DNA of 64,000 nucleotides from Naegleria gruberi (taxonomy: Eukaryota): the NCBI GenBank assembly GCA_000004985.1, contig GG738871.1; one strand, 5' to 3'. The notes beneath the pieces are model-generated. The model worked only from the letters and a program-made list of their open reading frames with translations. It searched no databases and was not told where the DNA came from. The translations under genes and the position numbers were made by a program. This document shows, piece after piece, positions 9,919-18,619 of this stretch (the stretch's first letter is position 1; the number at the start of each line of letters is the position of its first letter).

Positions 9919-11418
9919 TCAAGGATTACCTCTTTCAATGTTATTAAATATGGATTGCCAGTTAGATCCAGAGAAAGCCATTGCGTTTAACATGTATTCT
10001 ATTAATCTTGGAACACCACAACATCTATTTAAACACTTTGATAATTCTGGATGTGTCAATAAATTTGAATAACTCAATCCCAAGTTTGTAGCTTGTTTTG
10101 TACATCTTATTAAGTAGTTACGTAGAAATTGTAAAATATCTACCATAGACATACGTAGTCTAATAGGTTGGATATGGAGAATTGGATGAGTTGATTGTTT
10201 AATAGCTCTATTAATAGGTGTAAATGATAATCCAGAAAATATTGGAACAAAGAGTATATCTGTTAGACATTTAGTACAAACCTCTCCAAAAGTATTAATT
10301 GTCACATCTAAACCAGATCTAATTGTGTCGTCCACAACTTCTTCCAAATACTTATACTCATTCTCATTCAATTTTTGAAATTCATCAATAACCACAACAA
10401 TTGTAATCTTTGAAGAGGCAAAATATTCATCTTTAAGCCAAGAACAAAAATTAGCAACACTATCCAAGACCCAGTCGTTTTCATTAAATTCAGATTGCAA
10501 GTAATAAGTGGAAAATAAATAACACAATCTAATAGCAAAAAATCTATTTGCATAATTTGGAGTCTTAATGTAATCACTTTTGTATCTACCATAACCCATT
10601 CCATTTCTTCCCATTGGCAAGTACAATTCAATTCTGATATCTAAATATTCTTGTAAACTCTTATCTTCACAAACTTGTTTTGCACAATTAATTACTTCCA
10701 TTGCATTTCTAGTTTTTCCTGTACCTGGTGAAGTTGCAAATACAATGATTGGTACTTGGGTTTTATCAAGAGTGGATTGTAATGTATTATTTGAAAATCT
10801 TGTAAGTAAAGTCTTTGATATAGTTTTTCCTAATTCTTCTACTCCAATAAATTCCATAAAAGTACTGGCATTATTGAGAGCAGATATCTGTTGTATTCTG
10901 CCTTTGTTGATATCAATAATTGATTTTTTCTCTTTTAAATTACCAGAAATTAATAAACCACCAATCCATAATATAACAACCATAATACTATTTTGATCAA
11001 CATTTGGGAACTTTTGGGATATGGTGGTAATTGCTTCGGATAGGTTGATAGGTTGGTTTCTAATAATACTACCAATACTTTCACCACAGAAATCACCTTC
11101 ACAAAATAAACCTGAAACCTCCTTGCTCAAACCAACACCACCCTTATTTCTCTCAGTACATAACAAATAAAAAACTTCATCCTTTGTCCAATCCAAGTAC
11201 GGTGTATCCAATAGTTTTTTAATATAATCATCCGAATGTTTTATGATACCACTTTCAACCTTTGCCTTTTTGTTATAATCTTCCGATGCATTAATTTTTC
11301 TTTTTTTATCTTTTTCATCCAACAACTCCTGTGTAATAATATTAATATCCGACCGTTCTTTGTTGATTAGGTTTTCAATATCTTCAGACAAAGTTTCGAT
11401 CATGTGTTTTTCCTCCAT
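9919..11418 (-). CDS. P-loop NTPase of unrecognised family (Walker A 'ATSPGTGKT', Walker B 'IVVVIDEF').
   Basis: The 499-aa ORF starts with ATG. The central region has a GxxGxGKT P-loop and an hhhhDE Walker B, followed by 'FSGLS'. No further family-level signature is recognisable by eye. Confidence 0.6.
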   Translation of the reverse strand: MEEKHMIETLSEDIENLINKERSDINIITQELLDEKDKKRKINASEDYNKKAKVESGIIKHSDDYIKKLLDTPYLDWTKDEVFYLLCTERNKGGVGLSKEVSGLFCEGDFCGESIGSIIRNQPINLSEAITTISQKFPNVDQNSIMVVILWIGGLLISGNLKEKKSIIDINKGRIQQISALNNASTFMEFIGVEELGKTISKTLLTRFSNNTLQSTLDKTQVPIIVFATSPGTGKTRNAMEVINCAKQVCEDKSLQEYLDIRIELYLPMGRNGMGYGRYKSDYIKTPNYANRFFAIRLCYLFSTYYLQSEFNENDWVLDSVANFCSWLKDEYFASSKITIVVVIDEFQKLNENEYKYLEEVVDDTIRSGLDVTINTFGEVCTKCLTDILFVPIFSGLSFTPINRAIKQSTHPILHIQPIRLRMSMVDILQFLRNYLIRCTKQATNLGLSYSNLLTHPELSKCLNRCCGVPRLIEYMLNAMAFSGSNWQSIFNNIERGNP

Positions 11419-11771
11419 CCTATTTTTTAAATTTTTGTTTTTTTAATTTTTAAAAATTGGTTAAAGTTTTCAACCTGTTCTTGTTTCTGACCTCATTGTT
11501 TGAATTTTAGAAGATCAGGCGAAAACACTTCTGGTGAGAGATTCTTCTTCTGAACGATCCTATACATTACTAATCGTTTCATTGTTCTTGAATTGAATAT
11601 ATTTCTCGGAATCAGTGAACTGGCATTAATAGAGGAGGTTGTGTTTCAATTTCTCATTACTTGTCTGACTTGTTTCTTTGAAACCACTCTGTGTAACACA
11701 CCATCAAGCAGATTAAATTAAAATTTTGAAAATTTAAATTTTATAAAACCTAAAACGAGTTGTGTGAAATC

Positions 11772-12659
11772 TTATTCTTCCTTATTGGTATTCGACAACT
11801 TTTCTTTTGACTTTTCCTTAAGTTTCATCATGTTGGATTTTCTTTCTCCGGTAATCTTGTGTAATTTCTTTCTTCTCCACAAAATCTTGAATTCATTTCC
11901 GAACCATTCAGAACATCCTCCTCTATAGTTCAAAGTGTTTTGGAATCCCATTTCTTGCAAAATCATACAAGCAGCTTCACTTTCAGCAGGAGAATCACTG
12001 TAACAAATAATATTGGAATAAGCTTCTGGTAATGGTGCACCATATCTCTTGTTAAAAGCTTCAGCCTTCAATCCGACAGCACCTTCTTTAATATCAGTGA
12101 AAGGAATGTTGACTGCTCCTGGTATCATATAGTCCAAAGCACGGAAAGCAGAACGAACGTCTACTACCATATAATTGTAAACATCCTTAGGTTTTTTCAA
12201 CAATTCTTCCAATTCAGCCTTGGTAATAACTGGTGAAATTCTATCGGCAAGTTGTGGAACCATATCAAAAACACATGGTATATCGGCAATCTTCTTTCCT
12301 TGAACTGAGTTTTTAAAGTATTGTGGTTCTCTTTCATCTTCCCACAAAAGATCGTATTCTCTTCTATATGTACGTTTGTTGGCTTCTTCTTGTGCGGCAC
12401 GTTGAGATTCATCAAGGTCTACATCAATAGCAACATCTTCAGTGAGTTGGTTATATTGTTTTAATTTGTTCAAAATACGTTCGGTAACTTGATCTTCAGT
12501 AAAAGTCTTTCCACTCAAAACTGGTACATCGACAGGTTCGGATGATGTTGTAGCAGTTTTATCCAAAATTCTAATATTTGTATAATAATTATTGAAAGAA
12601 CAAATTGATGATGGCAAGAAATTCTTCTTTGCTGTTAATGTTACTAAACGTCTCATCAT
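11772..12659 (-). CDS. Rhodanese-like domain protein with a basic N-terminal presequence that is possibly mitochondrial.
   Basis: The C-terminus 'IICYSDSPAESEAACMILQEMGFQNTLNYRGGCSEW' fits the rhodanese/Cdc25 fold consensus. The N-terminus 'MMRRLVTLTAKKNF' looks like a targeting peptide. The start is ATG at 12659. Confidence 0.55.
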   Translation of the reverse strand: MMRRLVTLTAKKNFLPSSICSFNNYYTNIRILDKTATTSSEPVDVPVLSGKTFTEDQVTERILNKLKQYNQLTEDVAIDVDLDESQRAAQEEANKRTYRREYDLLWEDEREPQYFKNSVQGKKIADIPCVFDMVPQLADRISPVITKAELEELLKKPKDVYNYMVVDVRSAFRALDYMIPGAVNIPFTDIKEGAVGLKAEAFNKRYGAPLPEAYSNIICYSDSPAESEAACMILQEMGFQNTLNYRGGCSEWFGNEFKILWRRKKLHKITGERKSNMMKLKEKSKEKLSNTNKEE

Positions 12660-12783
12660 GATGAAAATTTTTTAATATTTTTTTCTGATGCAAAAAAAAT
12701 TTTATTTTTAATTGAATTATTAATTTTCTCTTTTCAAAACCATCACTGCTACGAGAAGTGTAAAGATAATTCTTATAAAACTC

Positions 12784-12980
12784 GATTATGAGAATGAATA
12801 GAATGCATTGATCCAACTCATTACATTGAAAAAAAAGAGGTGAAAAACTTTATTAATTACCATCAATTATAAAATTTACGATTATGAGAATGAATAGAAT
12901 GCATTGATCCAACTCATTACATTGAAAAAAAAGAGGTGAAAAAGCTTATCAATTACCATCAATTATAAAATTTACGATTC
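12784..12980. repeat. Tandem direct repeat with a 96-bp period, about 2.1 copies (unit 'gattatgagaatgaatagaatgcattgatccaactcattacattgaaaaaaaagaggtgaaaaa(c/g)(t/c)tta(t/a)taattaccatcaattataaaatttac').
   Basis: Copies start at 12784, 12880 and 12976 (partial) with 3 mismatches. It lies in the 350-bp divergent intergenic region between the gene starts at 12659 (-) and 13009 (+). Confidence 0.85.
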
Positions 12981-13008
12981 CGCGCCTAAAAAACACAACA
13001 AAAAAGAA

Positions 13009-13593
13009 ATGAGAAACATCCTCAATCATCATACTTTTGAAGAGAATACAGTGCCACGACCACACGATCAGACAAAGAAAGCCCTAGATCCCTTTCTGAG
13101 GGAGGCAATGGAAGCACTCTCTATAAATTTACAAACTTTTATGAAGTATACTGATTTTCATGAGAGTAAGGAGGGAAGATCGTTAATATTTGGTGTCTCG
13201 GCTCCAACAATTAGTTTTAGTTGCTCGACGAATAATAGTGTTTCCATGTCTACTTCCATGATGAGGCAATCAATTATTGGAACTAGTTTGTTGCAATTTG
13301 ATCCTGATTGTGTTGAGGAAGAAGAAATTATTCTCACTGAATCGGAATACAAACAATTGGAGGAAATTTACTTTAATCCCCTCAAGTACTTGGCAGAAAC
13401 TCTGAAGATTTTGAATGAAAACAAGCCAACACAAATTGAAGAGGATAAGTATGGTCTTGAGGAACTTCATTATGATGATGAATTGGATCAAGATTCTAGT
13501 ATTATAACAATTCAGAAGGAAACACCAGAACAAGCTCCTCCACCAGCCAAACCATTAATAATTAGAGGAAGAGCTAAAAGAAAATTTTACTAG
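13009..13593 (+). CDS. Hypothetical acidic protein, 194 aa.
   Basis: The ORF begins with ATG and ends 'PPPAKPLIIRGRAKRKFY' (basic tail). No domain is recognised. Confidence 0.45.
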   Translation: MRNILNHHTFEENTVPRPHDQTKKALDPFLREAMEALSINLQTFMKYTDFHESKEGRSLIFGVSAPTISFSCSTNNSVSMSTSMMRQSIIGTSLLQFDPDCVEEEEIILTESEYKQLEEIYFNPLKYLAETLKILNENKPTQIEEDKYGLEELHYDDELDQDSSIITIQKETPEQAPPPAKPLIIRGRAKRKFY

Positions 13594-13912
13594 TAATTGA
13601 AATTGTCATGAATTTAAATTGCCTGTTTTATTTTGAAATGCAACAGTAATGTCAGTTCATTGTTATTGGTTCTAATATTTGAGGAGTAAAATTAACTCTC
13701 CAAAGACAAGTAATATATGAGCAGTGAGGAATGAATAATAGAGTTCTAACGAAAAGTTATTTGAAAGAATGATCCATTTATCATCATTTGAATTTTATTA
13801 TTCCACATTCCAACGAACTAATAAAACCATTGAATCAACTCCTTACCTTAATGTTTAAATCAACCGGTCATCACGTCAATTAATATTCGAATTATTTAAT
13901 GTTCAATTAAAA

Positions 13913-14386
13913 ATGAGAGTACTCTTAAAGTTCAGAACCACTGCCAGATTATTCAACTCTTCCAAATCAACAACAAACACCTCGCCAGTTACCTCTGCTG
14001 TAGCTTCCGAAACCAAGTTTGAACCAATTTGTGCACAAAAAGGACCGTACGTTGTTACTTTGGAGGAAGGAAAGAAATATGGTTGGTGTACATGTGGACT
14101 CTCTGAGAAACAACCATTTTGTGATGGAAAGTAAGTTTGTGATAAATATTATCGGAACATCGGAATTGATTCTTGAAAATTTTGATAACATAGACATAAA
14201 GGAACTGGAATGAAGGTATGTTTAAATTATTTAACAATTTCAATTAATTGAGGTGTCATCTTTAATTAGTCCCTTAAATTTGAAGCTACACCAGAGTTGT
14301 GTGATAAGGAAGTTTATCTTTGTGGATGTAAACAATCCAAAAATCCACCATTCTGCGATGGTAGTCATTCCAATTTGTCCGAATAA
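13913..14386 (+). CDS. CISD3-like protein with two CDGSH iron-sulfur domains and an N-terminal presequence. Three exons (13913..14130, 14194..14215, 14270..14386). The middle exon is a 22-nt micro-exon.
   Basis: Exon 1 ends '...WCTCGLSEKQPFCDGK' followed by GTAAGT. The micro-exon encodes '(K)HKGTGMK' and is flanked by ..ATAG and GTATGT. Exon 3 encodes 'SLKFEATPELCDKEVYLCGCKQSKNPPFCDGSHSNLSE*'. Splice phases are 2, 0 and 0 and are consistent. The result reproduces the C.C..S...P.CDG.H spacing of both CDGSH motifs and the inter-motif 'TG..PLKF' segment. Confidence 0.65.
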
Positions 14387-14490
14387 ATTGTTTCAATTTG
14401 TAATTCAATTCTATTTGAAAATCCATTGTAAACTCGAAATATCATTGCAAATAATCTTATGGAAATATTTCAAATAAAAGAGTCTTCAAT

Positions 14491-15243
14491 CTAATCTTGA
14501 TACCAAAATACGACTGAAAATCTTTCTGCATGATCTGGATGATTTTTCTTCTGTATTTCATTTCTAATTCCATGCACATATTTATATCTGATATCATCAG
14601 CCAGAATAACTAAAGATCCATTTGGTAGTAAAACTCTAAACTCATCTGGACATTCCTGCACTTGTTCAATTGTAAAATTGGAAGGAGGATCAATCATGAA
14701 ACTCATTGTAGCATCATTTCCGAAAGATAACATTCCAATTGTTGGACCCAATCCTCTACTATCAATATGAAGAGGACATCCACTTTTTTCAATATCTTGA
14801 TAATGATTAATTTGAATAGTATTCGGAACAATGTTTGGATAGTCTGAATTCTCCAAACTGGACAGGGACATTACTGATGGACAAGGTCTCTTTCTCTTGT
14901 AGAAGAATGGTTTCAATGTTTGAATGTAGGCGAAGAGAGTTGGAAAGTACAAATCGGCACACTTTTCAACTTGACTCTCCGAGTGTACATTAAAGATGGA
15001 TCGTTTTAATTGTGGATTGGCAAGGAAGGGTTCATGTTTTTGCAAGTTTTTCAATTCATTCCAAATGGTTTGAGAGTCTTTTGGAGAGATGAAAGTAGGA
15101 TGATAGAGTGCTGTTGGTGGTGTTTGTTCTAAATCGGATTTTAATATTTGAACAGCAGGATTATTGGCAAGAAGAGGAGCAATAAAGTTGGTTGACGAAG
15201 CTGCTGATGTTTGCTTATTAATGAGTCCTTTGAGAAAATTCAT
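14491..15243 (-). CDS. AlkB-family 2OG-Fe(II) dioxygenase.
   Basis: 'NHYQDIEKSGCPLHIDSRGLGP' contains the H.D motif. 'LVILADDIRYKYVHGI' carries the distal His. 'RFSVVFW' is the Arg..S motif that binds 2OG. The ORF is 250 aa and starts at ATG 15243. Confidence 0.7.
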   Translation of the reverse strand: MNFLKGLINKQTSAASSTNFIAPLLANNPAVQILKSDLEQTPPTALYHPTFISPKDSQTIWNELKNLQKHEPFLANPQLKRSIFNVHSESQVEKCADLYFPTLFAYIQTLKPFFYKRKRPCPSVMSLSSLENSDYPNIVPNTIQINHYQDIEKSGCPLHIDSRGLGPTIGMLSFGNDATMSFMIDPPSNFTIEQVQECPDEFRVLLPNGSLVILADDIRYKYVHGIRNEIQKKNHPDHAERFSVVFWYQD

Positions 15244-15886
15244 TTTTTTGAATTGTTAATCTTGGGCAATTGGATGAAAAGAACATAAGTAGGCAATTTG
15301 AAAATATCCCTTCCAAAATCGCTGGAGACTTTTTGTCCACTTTTCACCATCAGAATTTTTTCCACCGGCTAGCTGGCAAAGTGGGAGGACAGCTTCCATT
15401 TCAACTTCTAATTCGATCATCACAACAATAAAAAATATTCGTGATGGTGGTAGTAAGCAAGAAAACAATTTAGAGCAATAACTTATTATTACTTCATGAA
15501 AACAAAAACTAACAATAAATTGCTTTATCACAACATCATTGGATAATATTGAGTTTTTTTCTTCTGTTTATTGTTCAAGTTTGCTATTGAAAAAGGTTTG
15601 TAGCTGGTGGACAAGCGTAAGACTGGGGCATCGAAATAGAAAGTAAATTAGAAGCCGTCCTCTCACTTTGCAAGCTCGGGGCTGGAAAAAAATCAAGCGA
15701 AAATTTTATCGTTTTTCGTCACAAAAATGAAGCTTGAAAATGGAAGGGATATTTGAAAACCATCTTGGTTGTGTTGACATGAAGTTTATGTTAAATATCA
15801 ACAGTATTCAAAGTCCGCATTGGATTAAAAAGAAGTTAAAATGTAAATTTTGAATTTTTGAATTTATATGGTGTGTTTTAATTTAT

Positions 15887-16501
15887 TTAATAGCCTAATT
15901 CAGCCAACTTCTTGACAACAGTTTGGAATTCAGTGTTACCACTCAATTGTTCAGTAGCTTCACTCTTGAGATTTTGCAAAGTCTTGACTTCAGCAACGTA
16001 AGCTTGATTTTGTTGCTTTCTTTGTTCTTCGTATTTAACAACAACATCGTGATACTTCCAACCCATTCTCTTCAACAAGTCACCGACTCTAGTAACAGGT
16101 GAGCTTGGCTTCAAGATGGTAACAGCGAGAGCAGATGGACAGACGAATCTCTTAACTTGGTTGTATTGAGCTGGGACACCGTCGAAGAGTTCCAATCTAG
16201 CCAAAGCTTGTCTACCCTTTTCAGTCTTTCTGGAGACCATAGCTCTGATGATCTTGTAGAGATGTTGAGATGGAGCTCTGTGATGGAATGGACCCTTTCT
16301 TGGATTGGTGTTCATTCTCTTTCTCAAGTATGATTCGTAAGCTTCCTTGTTTCTCTTCATCTTACCTTGGATAAGGAGTTCTTCACATCTGACGACGACG
16401 ACCTTCTTTCCGCTCAAAGCTTCCTTGGCAACGTGGGCAGCGAGACGACCCAAGATGTGACCCTTACCATCGAGAACAACAGTACGATTGAATGTAGACA
16501 T
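15887..16501 (-). CDS. RPL13A: 60S ribosomal protein L13a (uL13).
   Basis: 'VVLDGKGHILGRLAAHVAKEALSGKKVVVVRCEEL...RKRMNTNPRKGPFHHRAPS' is a near-universal uL13/L13a signature. Codon usage is more GC-rich than in neighbouring genes, as expected for a highly expressed gene. Confidence 0.92.
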   Translation of the reverse strand: MSTFNRTVVLDGKGHILGRLAAHVAKEALSGKKVVVVRCEELLIQGKMKRNKEAYESYLRKRMNTNPRKGPFHHRAPSQHLYKIIRAMVSRKTEKGRQALARLELFDGVPAQYNQVKRFVCPSALAVTILKPSSPVTRVGDLLKRMGWKYHDVVVKYEEQRKQQNQAYVAEVKTLQNLKSEATEQLSGNTEFQTVVKKLAELGY

Positions 16502-17448
16502 CTTTAATGAATAATGATAATAACAATAATTGTTGTGAAGAGATTCAAATAGTACATCATCACAATAGGGGAAGTAAGTATGAGGTGAGTTTGACAGAAT
16601 AAAATGCTACGTACTTTTTGCGATTTTTTTTTCGAACAAGTTTTATAAAATATAGTGGGGTTGGAGTTTTACAATGAAAACATTTGTGAGCCAAAATTTG
16701 CTTGCCAAAAAAACTCTCTTCGGCAAACAAGAAAGAAGAGGCTCCTATGCAATAATAACAATTAGCTAATGTTGGACCAGAGGATATTGTAGGAATTATC
16801 AAACATGGGAAGTATGATCAACAACAAAGTATCATTTCATCAATCTTGCATAGTGATGAGAGAAAATTAATATTCATGTGTTTTGATCATCAAACAAGAG
16901 CCATACATGGCACGGAAATCTATTGAATATAATTTTTGGATAAATTAACAGGAACACAAATACAAAACAATTAGGTATTGCCATCATCATGGAGTTCTTC
17001 CTGGTCATTTGTGAATTATTCATAGAGCTGCAACATCCGTGTCTTCTGAAAATTTTCTATTTTCAAAATCATTCTTGAATTTGAAAGTTCTTGTGAATGA
17101 TGAAAAACTCTTCATTCCTTAGAAATAGGCACATTTCACCTTAAACAATGATATTGACCAATAAGAGTGGTAATGTTGATTGTTAGGATACTTTGCTTCT
17201 CACATATTCATAATAATAGACAAACCATTGGTTGTTTTCATTGACATGTGGTAATCTTCAATCCTATGACGAAGCAACCTCCTCAACACTCGACACTGGA
17301 TAAGAAGCTCTCTATAGCTTAATGAAAAGAGAAGGTATTGGTGTTGATAGAATAGCATAAGAATGTCATGACGCATTGGGTAGAGAAACTCAATTACCTA
17401 GATTACTTTATCAAGCACAAATTTTGCGACATTTGATTTCAGTGTGCA

Positions 17449-17521
17449 GCCCCGCTAGCTCAGTCGGTAGAGCGTTGGACTTTTAATCCAACGGTCGTGG
17501 GTTCGAGCCCCACGTGGGGCG
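17449..17521 (+). tRNA. tRNA-Lys (anticodon UUU).
   Basis: The 73-nt sequence gccccgc/ta/gctcagtcggtagagc/g/ttggacttttaatccaa/cggtc/gtgggttcgagccccac/gtggggc/g folds as a cloverleaf. It has a 7-bp acceptor stem (one G-U), a D-arm, the anticodon loop cTTTTaa and a GTTCGAG T-loop. No CCA is encoded, which is typical for eukaryotes. Confidence 0.92.
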
Positions 17522-17634
17522 GTTGCTTTTAGCTTTTTCAAAACTCCGATTGTAAAGATTTTTTAAAAGAGGAGACATCTTTGCTGGATGAGTTTCGATA
17601 TTGCATCAGGATCCACAAAAAGAATAAGAAAAAA

Positions 17635-18504
17635 ATGATTGAATTGATTCTATCTGCTTGCATTGGTGCTGTGTTATGTTTGGCTTTTGTTTATTTTAAA
17701 CAGTATAACAGGACTGACAATGTAAAAGAGTTCAACAACATTCAAAAGTACTCTTTATACACTCCTAAGCACTACAAAGTTGAACTAGATCAAGATTCCA
17801 TTCAATTAATGAAAGATAACTCCTTTGGCATTCTCCTCACCTGGAAAGGATCTGAATTACACACTTCTCATGTTCCCTTCTTGGTAGACGAAACGAATCC
17901 AAACTCTCTCAAGTTGCATTTCCATTTAGCCAAGCAAAATCCTCATTGCATGGCTTTGGAAGAATTTGCTAAAAAATCCTCAACTTCTAATGGATGGAAT
18001 TGCAAGGTTATCTTTGTGGGACCACATTTCTATATTTCACCAAAATGGTTTTTGGGAGGATTGGAAGGTCAAAAGAAGAAAGTCCCAACTTGGAATTTCA
18101 CAGCAGTTCATGCCCATTGTGATTCATGCCAAGTTTATGATTCACCAGATGAAAAGCATAAGATTGTTAGTGATTTGACAGTTTTCAATGAGGATTGGTT
18201 GATGGAGCATTTCAGAAATCCAGTGAAGGAATTGGACGATTACAAGTATGATTTCTCAAAGACTGATGAGAAATATGCTGAACAAAAATTGAAGGCAATT
18301 GTTGGATTCACACTGATTGTTAAGGAATTGAAGGGAAAGTTCAAACTCTCTCAAAACTTATCAAAGGAAGAGAGAATTTCAATTATTGATGGATTGAATA
18401 GACAAGGATATGATCTTGCAATTGATACTGGAGTACATATGAAAAGAACAATCACAGTTGCATCTAAATTTAATAATCTTGACAGAATAAATTATATTAG
18501 ATAA
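17635..18504 (+). CDS. PaiB-like FMN-binding protein (FMN_bind_2 / 'transcriptional regulator PaiB' family).
   Basis: 'VIFVGPHFYISPKWF...VPTWNFTAVHAHC...AIVGFTLIVKELKGKFKLSQNLSKEER' matches the PaiB family blocks (GPH.YISP.WY, VPTWNY.AVH, I.GF...I..L.GK.KLSQNR). The track start 17581 is TTG. The first in-frame ATG is at 17635. Confidence 0.7.
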   Translation: MIELILSACIGAVLCLAFVYFKQYNRTDNVKEFNNIQKYSLYTPKHYKVELDQDSIQLMKDNSFGILLTWKGSELHTSHVPFLVDETNPNSLKLHFHLAKQNPHCMALEEFAKKSSTSNGWNCKVIFVGPHFYISPKWFLGGLEGQKKKVPTWNFTAVHAHCDSCQVYDSPDEKHKIVSDLTVFNEDWLMEHFRNPVKELDDYKYDFSKTDEKYAEQKLKAIVGFTLIVKELKGKFKLSQNLSKEERISIIDGLNRQGYDLAIDTGVHMKRTITVASKFNNLDRINYIR

Positions 18505-18619
18505 TGAATTGCAAGATAAGGAAAGATGGAAATATGGTTATGAAAGAGTCCTTGATTGCTCTTTAGAGTTATTATTATTCAAAAACATATGTGCCACCAC
18601 TTTAGTTTAACAAAAGAAA

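Noticed and set aside
12784-12980. Possible CRISPR-like or satellite array
   Set aside because: There are only about 2 copies of a 96-bp unit. There are no spacer/repeat alternation and no cas genes. The locus is eukaryotic with spliceosomal introns. It is a simple tandem duplication.
16560-16802. An 80-aa minus-strand ORF upstream of RPL13a
   Set aside because: It lies in the 5' flank or promoter of RPL13a. Its composition is biased, it has no domain, and its start is not a real ATG in the expected context.
16800-17448. snoRNA or other ncRNA in the 650-bp ORF-free spacer upstream of tRNA-Lys
   Set aside because: A 'tgaatgatga' C-box-like string at about 17095 lacks a correctly spaced D box and terminal stem. 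No recognisable snRNA or SRP motifs were found. The evidence is insufficient.
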